DNA of 40,652 nt, taken from NCBI GenBank assembly GCA_039814435.1, contig JBCCBC010000001.1:1-40652 (forward strand), in the 5' to 3' direction. The stretch comes from Pseudomonadota bacterium. GTDB lineage: Bacteria; Pseudomonadota; Alphaproteobacteria; Rhodobacterales; Rhodobacteraceae. The notes below the pieces were generated by a model that saw only the letters and a list, made by a program, of their open reading frames with translations, was not told where the DNA came from and did not search any database. The translations under genes and the position numbers were made by a program. The first letter of the stretch is position 1; the number at the start of each line of letters is the position of its first letter. This document shows, piece after piece, positions 25,886 to 36,458 of the stretch.

Positions 25886-28800
25886 ATGACTTCTGAGACA
25901 CCTGTAAATGCCGCCGATGCCGCAGACACACCGATGGATGGTGATGATGGCGACACCATGCGCATCCGTATCGTAGGGATCGCCGCGTCCGCCGGCGGTC
26001 TTGAGGCGGTGTCGCTCCTCGCGCAGAACCTGCCCCAGAAGGCCAATGCGATCTACGTGATCGCGCAGCACATGTCACCGACCCACAAAAGCGTTCTGTC
26101 CACCCTGATCGCGCGTGAGACCCGTCTGCCCGTGCACGAGCTGGAAAACGAGGTGAAGCCGGCGGTTGACGCCATCTATGTGACGCCGCCGAACACGGAT
26201 GTTGTGTACCAAAACGGCAAATTGCGGCTGCGCAGGCCGTCCGGGCATGCTGCGTCCCCGAAACCGTCGGCTGACCGCCTGTTCAAGAGCCTCGCCGAGG
26301 AATGTGGCGAAAGCTGCATGGGCATCGTGTTGTCCGGCACCGGCTCGGACGGCAGTTACGGCGTGCAAGCGGTGCGCGAGGCGGGCGGGATCACCATCGC
26401 CCAGGAACCCGCCACAGCGAAATATGACGGCATGCCGATCTCGGCCATTGAAACCGGCTGCGTGGACCTGACCCTGTCGCCGGAACAAATCGGCACCCAC
26501 CTTGACAAGATCCTGGCCCGGCCCCGCAACTTTGACGGTTTGCGATCCTTGCAGGATCACCCGAACCCACTGGGTGAATTGTTCGGCATTCTGCTGGCTC
26601 GCACCCAGATCGATTTTGCCGACTACAAGGAAAACACGCTCAACCGGCGCATTGCGCGCCGCATGACGGCCCTGAACATTGATGACTACGACGAGTACGT
26701 CGATTTCTGCCGCACCAATGTCAGCGAAGTGGATGCCCTGCACCGCTACCTGCTGATCTCGGTCACCCGGTTTTTCCGCGATCCCGAGCAGTTTGAAAAG
26801 CTGGAACGCGAGCTGAAAGCCAGTCTGAAGAACCGAAATTCGGGCCCGATCCGCGTGTGGGTGGTCGGCTGCGCCACCGGTGAGGAAGCGTTTTCCATAG
26901 CGATCACAATCGCAGAGATCCTTGGCGGGATCGGCGAATTGGCGGCCAAAAACGTTCAGGTTTTTGCCACCGATATTGATCAAAACGCCATCGAAGTGGC
27001 CCGCCGCGGGATCTATCCCATTGCCGCGGCCCAGGACATTCCCGCGTCCCTCCTTGGCCAGTATTTCATTGTCACGGACACCGAAATCAAAGTGCGCCCG
27101 GAATTGCGCGCGGCAACGCTGTTTTCGCACCATAACGTGTTTCAGGACCCGCCCTTTATCAATGTGGATCTGGTCAGCATTCGCAACCTGCTGATCTATT
27201 TCAATCTCGCTTTGCAAGAGCGGGTGTTGAGCCGCCTGCACTATGCGATGGCCGCAGGTGCGTTGCTGTTTGTTGGCACCTCAGAAACCGTGGGCGAGAT
27301 GGGCGTGTTCTTTGAAGGTCGCCAAGGGGCCGACAAGATCTATGCCAAGCGGCGCGGGATATCGGGCGAATTGGCCGTCAAGCCCGGCACCCGCATGTAT
27401 CAGCGCCAAGCCAGCATCAGCGGTGGCGCGCAAACCTCTGGCCAGTCGGCCGAGGTCAATGACCCGCCAGAGCTGCCATTGGCCCGTGTGGTTGCCCCCG
27501 ACGGTATGATCTGCACGCGCAACGGCAATATCATTGAGGTCTTGGGCGATCTAAGCCCGTTCATGGAGATCCGCGCGGGTGCATCGACCGCGCTGAACAT
27601 CAAGATGTTGATTGATCCGCTTCGCGGCGAGGTTGCCAGCCTGATCGCTGTTGCGCTGCGCAGCAAGGCCCGCCGCGAGGGTCGCTGGCACAGTGTGTCC
27701 CTCTCTCAAGGCAATCGTGCCCAGCTGCAAGTGTTCCCGTTTTCGGGCAATAAAGGTGGCGAGATGCACTGTCTTGTTGCCATCAACACCCGGTTTGAAA
27801 AAGACGCGGATGTGCGTTCCGATGACATCACCGACAAGGAACAGCGCGCCTATGTCGAGCGGATGGAAGTTGAAATCCGCTCGACCCAAGAGGCACTGCA
27901 ACAGACCATCGAAGAGTTGCAGACCGCAAACGAAGAACTCCAATCGGCCAACGAAGAGTTGCAATCCACAAACGAAGAATTCCAGGCCACCAACGAAGAG
28001 TTGGAAACCTCGAACGAAGAACTGCAATCCAGCAACGAAGAGCTGATGACCGTCAACGAAGAGCTGCAAATCAGCTCGGCCGAACGGCAGGCGCTTGCCT
28101 CCGAATTGGAAGCCACGATGAGTTCGGCCCCCTATTCCGTTGCGCTGGCTGACCAGGCCCTGATGGTGCGCCGTTTGTCGCGCGAAGCGATGAATATGTT
28201 TGGATTGACCGATGTGCCCCCCACCGGTGTGCACCTGAGCCAGTGCACCCTGCCTTTGGGCTTTCCGGCCTTGGCCCCCATGGCCAACACCGTGTTGCGC
28301 GTCCAGGAAACCCGCCGCATTCCGATCCTGTCCCGGGGTCGCTATTACACGATGATCATGTCCCCCGTGCACGATGTGCACCGCAAATTGATCGGCCTGT
28401 CCATCACCGTGACCCAGTATGACAGCGAACCGTTGTCGCGCGTTGTGCAGATGATGAGCGATATCAGCCATGTTGCGCATTGGTCTTATGACCTTGAAAC
28501 AAAAGAGTTGTTTTGGTCGCCTGAGATGTTCTCAATCCATGGCCGCCCCGATTCCGGGCAGATGCCAAGCTGGGAAGACTCCTTGGGCCTTGTGCATCCC
28601 GAAGACCGGGTCACTGCCGAACAAAACATCGAGGATCTGCTGGAACACGGCGGCAGCATCCAGTTTGAGCACCGCGTTTTTGGCCCCTCGGGCCATCTGG
28701 TCCCGGTGAGCGGGAAAACGACGCTGATCAAAGATGACGAAGACGAGCCGATCCAGTTGATCGGTGTCATGTGGAACACGGCTGACGAGATAGAGCGCGA

Positions 28801-29185
28801 TGCGCGCCTGGCTGGTGTTGAGGCGGTGCAGGAGGACCTTGGCATCGGCTTTTTCTGGTTTGATGTCCAAAACAATGCGCCGCGCTGGAATGCGTCGATG
28901 TTTTCGTTGCTGGGCTATGATCCGATTACCCACACGCCGTCGGTGGAAAGCCTGCTTTTGGTGGTTGAATCAGAGCAGCGCAGCGCCGTCGCGCAACAGT
29001 TCCAGACCGCGCTTGAGCTTGGCACGGCCTTTACCAGCGTGTTCCATGTCAAGGCCAAGGACGGGTCCGACATCTTGTGCGAATGCACGGGGCGCGCGCG
29101 CATCAAAAAAGAAGGCCGCGTCACCCATGTGTTTGGCAGTTTGCGGCGTTCAACGTCCGACCAGGCCGTAGTTTCCGTCGCTTGA
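25886..29185 (+). CDS. CheB methylesterase-CheR methyltransferase fusion with coiled coil and PAS domains, no kinase domain
   Basis: CheB triad ASAGG / QHM / GTGSDG; CheR motifs VTRFFRD, GCATGEE, ATDID, RNLLIYF; (N)EELQ heptads; two C-terminal PAS_3-like domains (WS-x-EM, VHPEDR). Start uncertain (25856 GTG or 25886 ATG). Confidence 0.92.
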   Translation: MTSETPVNAADAADTPMDGDDGDTMRIRIVGIAASAGGLEAVSLLAQNLPQKANAIYVIAQHMSPTHKSVLSTLIARETRLPVHELENEVKPAVDAIYVTPPNTDVVYQNGKLRLRRPSGHAASPKPSADRLFKSLAEECGESCMGIVLSGTGSDGSYGVQAVREAGGITIAQEPATAKYDGMPISAIETGCVDLTLSPEQIGTHLDKILARPRNFDGLRSLQDHPNPLGELFGILLARTQIDFADYKENTLNRRIARRMTALNIDDYDEYVDFCRTNVSEVDALHRYLLISVTRFFRDPEQFEKLERELKASLKNRNSGPIRVWVVGCATGEEAFSIAITIAEILGGIGELAAKNVQVFATDIDQNAIEVARRGIYPIAAAQDIPASLLGQYFIVTDTEIKVRPELRAATLFSHHNVFQDPPFINVDLVSIRNLLIYFNLALQERVLSRLHYAMAAGALLFVGTSETVGEMGVFFEGRQGADKIYAKRRGISGELAVKPGTRMYQRQASISGGAQTSGQSAEVNDPPELPLARVVAPDGMICTRNGNIIEVLGDLSPFMEIRAGASTALNIKMLIDPLRGEVASLIAVALRSKARREGRWHSVSLSQGNRAQLQVFPFSGNKGGEMHCLVAINTRFEKDADVRSDDITDKEQRAYVERMEVEIRSTQEALQQTIEELQTANEELQSANEELQSTNEEFQATNEELETSNEELQSSNEELMTVNEELQISSAERQALASELEATMSSAPYSVALADQALMVRRLSREAMNMFGLTDVPPTGVHLSQCTLPLGFPALAPMANTVLRVQETRRIPILSRGRYYTMIMSPVHDVHRKLIGLSITVTQYDSEPLSRVVQMMSDISHVAHWSYDLETKELFWSPEMFSIHGRPDSGQMPSWEDSLGLVHPEDRVTAEQNIEDLLEHGGSIQFEHRVFGPSGHLVPVSGKTTLIKDDEDEPIQLIGVMWNTADEIERDARLAGVEAVQEDLGIGFFWFDVQNNAPRWNASMFSLLGYDPITHTPSVESLLLVVESEQRSAVAQQFQTALELGTAFTSVFHVKAKDGSDILCECTGRARIKKEGRVTHVFGSLRRSTSDQAVVSVA
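27911..28069 (+). repeat. 21-bp coding tandem repeat (EELQxxN heptads)
   Basis: Seven full units plus a partial unit of GAAGARyTs...AAC, encoding EELQTAN EELQSAN EELQSTN EEFQATN EELETSN EELQSSN EELMTVN EELQ. Confidence 0.9.
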
Positions 29186-29269
29186 TCCAACTTAAAACGC
29201 ATCCTTAACCGCTGGTTTACCCTGCTCCAGCTATATGATTTTCCAAGAGTTAATTTGGATGCGGTGGCG

Positions 29270-30547
29270 ATGCTTGCTGATACTTCTTTAACGCGTAGCA
29301 CGTCCGCGCGGGCCAACAGGGACGTCGCGCAGACACTGGCTTTGCTTCCTGCTGGCGCACCGATTGATGAAACTGTGCTGGGGGCTGCATTTGTATCATC
29401 GCCCTTTGCGTCCTTTATCCTGGATGGCGAGGGGCAGATCCTTGTATGCAACCGTCGTGCCGAGCGGCTGTTTTGCCCCGAAGACGTCCGCGATACCGAT
29501 CTTTTGCGCGGCATGTCCTTTGCCCACATCACGGCGCTGGACGCCGACGATGTTGTCCCGCGCCTGCGCGAGGGTGTGGTTAAGGGCAAGGCCGTGTTTC
29601 CGATGCGCAGTGGGACGCGGTTGCAGACCCGGGCCGGAACGCTGTTTTACATGTCCCTTCTGTGTGGTGCGGACAGCCAGACCCGGCTGTATCTGCTGAC
29701 ACAGGACCAGTTGAAAGCGACCGCAGATGCGCTGTGCACCATAAACGCCCAACGGATCGCCACACGCGACGAGTTGGCCCATATGCAGTCCCAATATTTC
29801 GATGTGCACCAGAACATGGTCGCCATGGAAGCGTTCGCAAACACCGCATCTCATGACTTGCGCACGCCGCTCAACACATTGTCCGGCCTGCTCCACCTGG
29901 TAAACACCAAGTTCGCGGATGACTTGCCTGAGAAAGCGCGCGAATACCTTGGCTATATGTCGCGCGCTATTACGCAAATGGATGAGATGACCAGCGATTT
30001 TCTCGAACACGCGCGCAGTGCGTCGGCTGAATTGCGTACAGAAGCTATTGATATGAAGTCGTTTTTGAGCGGCGTCGCGCAGGAGATGGAACCGTATCTT
30101 GCTGCTGTAGATGGTGAAATTTCGGTTGCCGGCGAGGATTTTGAAGTCTTGGCCGAGCCGAAGTTGCTGCATATGCTCACCATGAACTTGCTGACCAACG
30201 CGTTGAAGTATCGCCACCCCGACCGCGCGCCAATTCTGTCCATACGCCTGGCCAAAACCGATGGGCGCGACATTCTATCTGTGCGTGACAATGGCCGTGG
30301 GTTCGACCCAACGCAGAGTGCGGCGATTTTCCAACCCTTCCACCGCCTGCACCCCGACATCGACGGCAGCGGCGTCGGCCTTGCCACCTGCAAAGAGGTG
30401 TGCCGCCGCCACGGTTGGTCGATAACGGCGCACTCGGACGGGACAAACGGGGCAGTGTTTGGCGTTACGATCCCAAAAGACGCAGAAATGGCGCATCCGA
30501 GTGTGATGAAAACAGACGTGTCCAAGCCTGCAAAATTTACCACCTAG
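29270..30547 (+). CDS. Cytoplasmic PAS-domain sensor histidine kinase
   Basis: PAS-like N-terminus (ILDGEGQILVCNRRAERLF), ASHDLRTPL, NLLTNALKY, DNGRGF, GSGVGLA; no TM helix. Start uncertain (29255 TTG or 29270 ATG). Confidence 0.92.
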   Translation: MLADTSLTRSTSARANRDVAQTLALLPAGAPIDETVLGAAFVSSPFASFILDGEGQILVCNRRAERLFCPEDVRDTDLLRGMSFAHITALDADDVVPRLREGVVKGKAVFPMRSGTRLQTRAGTLFYMSLLCGADSQTRLYLLTQDQLKATADALCTINAQRIATRDELAHMQSQYFDVHQNMVAMEAFANTASHDLRTPLNTLSGLLHLVNTKFADDLPEKAREYLGYMSRAITQMDEMTSDFLEHARSASAELRTEAIDMKSFLSGVAQEMEPYLAAVDGEISVAGEDFEVLAEPKLLHMLTMNLLTNALKYRHPDRAPILSIRLAKTDGRDILSVRDNGRGFDPTQSAAIFQPFHRLHPDIDGSGVGLATCKEVCRRHGWSITAHSDGTNGAVFGVTIPKDAEMAHPSVMKTDVSKPAKFTT

Positions 30548-30613
30548 CTCGGTCCTTTAATACTTTATTCAGGCTCACATCCTACAAGTCAGGCATCGTT
30601 TTTGGGGGTCTTG

Positions 30614-31003
30614 ATGGCTGTTGTTTTGTTGCTTGAGGATGATCCCGGTCTTCAGTTTACCTTTGGTGAGGCTTTGCGCGATGCTGGCTATGTCGTGCGC
30701 GCTGTGTCCAACAACGAAGAAGCGATGCAGGAGTTGCGCCGCAGCACGCCGGACGTGTTGTTGCTGGACCTGATGATTGGCGGCGGCATGTCCACGGATG
30801 TGGCAAACTATGCCGTCTATGCCGCCCCGGACGCCGAAGTGATTTTTATGACAGGCAGCGGTCTGTTCCCCAAGGGCGAACTGTTTGCGATGTCCCACAA
30901 TGCCCGCCTTGTTCTGCGCAAACCCGTTGATTTGCGCGAGTTAACCACGATGGTGTCACATGTTGTGGACGAGACAGTTCAGAACGTTCCGGCAACTATG
31001 TAA
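30614..31003 (+). CDS. Single-domain response regulator (receiver)
   Basis: VLLLEDD, LLLDL, FMTG and RKPV motifs; ATG 30614 preceded by GGGGG. Confidence 0.9.
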   Translation: MAVVLLLEDDPGLQFTFGEALRDAGYVVRAVSNNEEAMQELRRSTPDVLLLDLMIGGGMSTDVANYAVYAAPDAEVIFMTGSGLFPKGELFAMSHNARLVLRKPVDLRELTTMVSHVVDETVQNVPATM

Positions 31004-31318
31004 TCCGATGTCGACAGGACGCTCCAAGCACGCTCGCGGGCGCTAAAACCACGGTCGTGGCGTTATGCATGGGAGTGTCCGGCGTTATAAAACGCGACCA
31101 AGGAACTTTCGTTGAGACGCCGCAGAGTTGCGGTGCAGATGATCAGAGAAACCCAAGGCAGTTGCGGCACTCGTCGGTTTCGAAGAACGATAACCGCTCT
31201 GCAATTCGTTCGCAGGTGTGTCGTCGATTTTTTTTGCGAAACGCAACTGTGGTGCGCCCGTTCGAACAAAGTTCGAAACTCTTCACACGTTCGGCTGTGC
31301 CGTTAAACGATCAGAGAA

Positions 31319-31402
31319 TGGTGCGGGTGAAGGGACTCGAACCCCCACGCCATAGGCGCCAGAACCTAAATCTGGTGCGTCTACCAATTCCGCCACACCC
31401 GC
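31319..31402 (-). tRNA. tRNA-Leu (anticodon TAG)
   Basis: GCGGGTG/CACCCGC acceptor stem plus ACCA, D loop GGAATTGGTAGAC, anticodon arm CCAGA-TTTAGGT-TCTGG, long variable arm, GGTTCGAGTCC. Confidence 0.97.
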
Positions 31403-31541
31403 AACGCCGCGACCTTTAGCAAAGCCTCCGAACGGATGCGAGGGCTTTTCGCCCTGCCAGCTCGCAGAAACTGCGCGACATTAAGCGAATGTTCAGCTAT
31501 TATGCCGTTAACCTAGAGGCAGGTTGCAAGAAAGAGACGCC

Positions 31542-32041
31542 ATGAAACCGAATACGGTCGGGCGCGAATTGAGTGGGCGAATGCCCCCATTGCGCACAGA
31601 GATTGCACATGTCGGACTTGTGTCCGGCACCCTTTTGTTGACAGCAGATGGTGAAATTCCGGTCGAATACCTTTCGCCCGGAGATCGCATTATCACGCGA
31701 AACGCGGGCCTGGTCCCACTCAGCGCGATCCAAAGCGACCGGGTCAGCGCAGAGGCGGTCAAGATTGCCGCCGGATCGCTGGGCGACACCAAACCCACCC
31801 ATCACGTAATGGTGCCCGCCGCTCAGATGGTTTTGGTACGCGATTGGCGCGCCAAGGCACTGCGCGGCGCGACGCAGGCTGTTGTGCCTGCCGGGTGCCT
31901 GATCGACGACGAATTCATCACATCCCTGGGTGTGCGCGACATGTCGTTGGTGCGCCTGGGGTTCGATGCCCCTTACGTGATCTATGCAGATGGGTTGGAA
32001 CTGTCCGTGCCGGCCATGACGCAAGCAGCGTCCGTCGCAGC

Positions 32042-32045
<4 letters not shown>
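31542..32045 (+). CDS. Stand-alone Hint-domain protein (Hint_2/BIL-like, degenerate)
   Basis: GT-x3-TADGEIPVEYL-x-PGDRIITR and IYADG motifs; Gly at the usual N-terminal Cys position. Confidence 0.85.
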
Positions 32046-34259
<2,214 letters not shown>

Positions 34260-34296
34260 TACACCTACTCCAAAAGACAGGAAGGATTTCCCGGAC

Positions 34297-35700
34297 ATGG
34301 CAAACCCCGTTCTCGACATGATCAAGGAAGAAGGCGCTGAATACGTCGACATCCGCTTCACTGATCCGCGCGGCAAACTGCAACACGTCACCGTCATGGC
34401 CGATCAGGTCGACGCTGATTTCCTCGAAGAAGGCTTTATGTTCGATGGCTCCTCCATCGCGGGCTGGAAATCGATCGAAGCCTCGGACATGAAACTGATG
34501 CCCGACCAGGACAGCGCCTATGTTGATCCGTTCTATGCGGAAAAGACGATCTGCGTGCACTGCTCGATTGTTGAGCCCGACACCGGCGAGGCTTATGACC
34601 GCGACCCCCGCGGCACCGCCGAAAAAGCCGAAGCGTATCTGAAATCCTCTGGCATCGGCGATGTGGCCTATATGGGCCCTGAGGCGGAATTCTTCCTTTT
34701 TGACGATGTGCGCTTTCAGAACTCGATCAACAAAGTGTCCTATGAGGTCGACGCGACTGACGCATCCTGGAACACCGACACCGAATACGAGATGGGCAAC
34801 ATGGGCCACCGCCCCGGCGTCAAGGGCGGCTACTTCCCCGTGAACCCCACGGATGAAGCTCAGGACCTGCGCTCCGAAATGCTGTCGACCATGAAGCGTC
34901 TCGGCATGAAGGTCGACAAGCACCACCACGAGGTGGCGTCCTGTCAGCACGAGCTGGGTCTGATCTTTGGATCCGTGACCAAGCAAGGCGATGAGCTGCA
35001 GAAATACAAGTACGTCATCCACAACGTGGCCGCAGCCTACGGCAAATCGGCCACCTTTATGCCCAAGCCCATCGCGGGCGACAACGGCACCGGCATGCAC
35101 GTGAACATGTCGATCTGGAAAGACGGCAAGCCGTTGTTTGCAGGCGATAAATATGCTGACCTGTCCGATGAGGCCCTGTATTTCATCGGTGGCATCCTCA
35201 AGCACGCCAAGGCGCTCAACGCGTTCACCAACCCATCGACCAACAGCTACAAACGCCTGATCCCAGGTTTTGAAGCGCCTGTGCTGCGCGCCTACTCGGC
35301 CCGCAACCGGTCCGGCTGCGTGCGGATCCCATGGACAGACTCGCCCAAGGCAAAGCGGGTCGAGGCGCGCTTCCCCGATCCGTCTGCAAACCCCTACCTG
35401 TGCTTTGCCGCCCTGTTGATGGCCGGTCTTGACGGGATCCAGAACAAGATCGATCCCGGTGAGCCATCCGACAAAGACCTGTATGACCTGCCACCAGAAG
35501 AGCTGGCCGGCATCCCAACGGTCTGCGGCTCGCTGCGCGAAGCCATGGAAGAGCTGGAAAAAGACATGGACTTCCTGCTGGCCGGTGACGTGTTCACCAA
35601 GGACCAGATCGAAGGCTATATCGAGCTGAAGATGGAAGAGATCACGACATACGAACACACACCCCACCCGGTCGAGTTCGGCATGTACTACAGCTGCTGA
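34297..35700 (+). CDS. glnA: Glutamine synthetase type I
   Basis: [38 protein letters not shown] adenylylation site; 467 aa from ATG 34297. Confidence 0.98.
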   Translation: MANPVLDMIKEEGAEYVDIRFTDPRGKLQHVTVMADQVDADFLEEGFMFDGSSIAGWKSIEASDMKLMPDQDSAYVDPFYAEKTICVHCSIVEPDTGEAYDRDPRGTAEKAEAYLKSSGIGDVAYMGPEAEFFLFDDVRFQNSINKVSYEVDATDASWNTDTEYEMGNMGHRPGVKGGYFPVNPTDEAQDLRSEMLSTMKRLGMKVDKHHHEVASCQHELGLIFGSVTKQGDELQKYKYVIHNVAAAYGKSATFMPKPIAGDNGTGMHVNMSIWKDGKPLFAGDKYADLSDEALYFIGGILKHAKALNAFTNPSTNSYKRLIPGFEAPVLRAYSARNRSGCVRIPWTDSPKAKRVEARFPDPSANPYLCFAALLMAGLDGIQNKIDPGEPSDKDLYDLPPEELAGIPTVCGSLREAMEELEKDMDFLLAGDVFTKDQIEGYIELKMEEITTYEHTPHPVEFGMYYSC

Positions 35701-35724
35701 TCCTTTCCAGCAGTCAACAGCGAC

Positions 35725-35754
35725 AAGGGCACCTCCTGCGAGGTGCCCTTTTTT
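35725..35754 (+). terminator. Intrinsic terminator of glnBA
   Basis: AAGGGCACCTC[CTGC]GAGGTGCCCTT followed by TTTT. Confidence 0.88.
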
Positions 35755-35981
35755 ATGGCCTGCAGCGCTGGGGCATCTAAACGCCGAACCGGTAGCAAAA
35801 GATTGCCAGACCAGAATAATCCCGCATAGCGGGAATATTTCAGCCGGTATCCGCAACTGCGACAAGCAACATCTTGCCAGCTCGCTTTTTCGCGCCAAAA
35901 GGTCGTGTATTCCTTACTTGTGCCTATGCCCTGCACCGCCCAGCATGGCGTGACTTTGTTGGGGAACAGTGGGAGTTAAAA

Positions 35982-36068
35982 ATGACAACACCACAATTTT
36001 GTTTGCGGGTATGCGTTGCTGCGGCCGTCATTATGGGGCTGCATCTTGGTTTGACCTATTTGGCCTGA
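35982..36068 (+). CDS. Candidate 28-aa small membrane protein
   Basis: GGGAG SD about 6 nt before the ATG; MTTPQFCLRVCVAAAVIMGLHLGLTYLA forms one hydrophobic helix. Confidence 0.35.
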   Translation: MTTPQFCLRVCVAAAVIMGLHLGLTYLA

Positions 36069-36458
36069 CGGGCTGCGAAACCGTCAACCGATCGCTGCGC
36101 CACGTTGCAAACCGAGCACATCACCGCAGTGAAACATCCATTTTCAACCACAGGTAATTGATCTGCACTATTTCACCCAAGGCCATGATTTTTCTATAAT
36201 TTCGTCGCACCACACCTAATATGATACAAATTCCTTGCAGCCAGATCGGATCTTGGCGCAGCATGCCACCACACCGCTATGGCGCATTGTGCAGCCCATA
36301 TCGCGCCCAAGTAAAACGGCCAAATCAAGTTTAACCAATCATTACGGAAATTCCATTTCGCTCGACAAGATTTAACCACGCCACACCTGCCTCAGCAAAA
36401 ATGAAACGCACGCACCGCTGACAGCAGGGAAAAAAACATCCAAGGGGGATACACCAAA

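Noticed and set aside
27911-28069. Periodic 21-bp repeats as a CRISPR array
   Set aside because: They are in-frame coding heptads with synonymous variation and no spacers; no cas genes are present.
31260-31274. Exact alphaproteobacterial LexA box GTTC-N7-GTTC
   Set aside because: It lies in a convergent spacer (receiver 3' end / tRNA 3' end) with no credible gene start, and roughly one such 8-base match is expected by chance in 40 kb.
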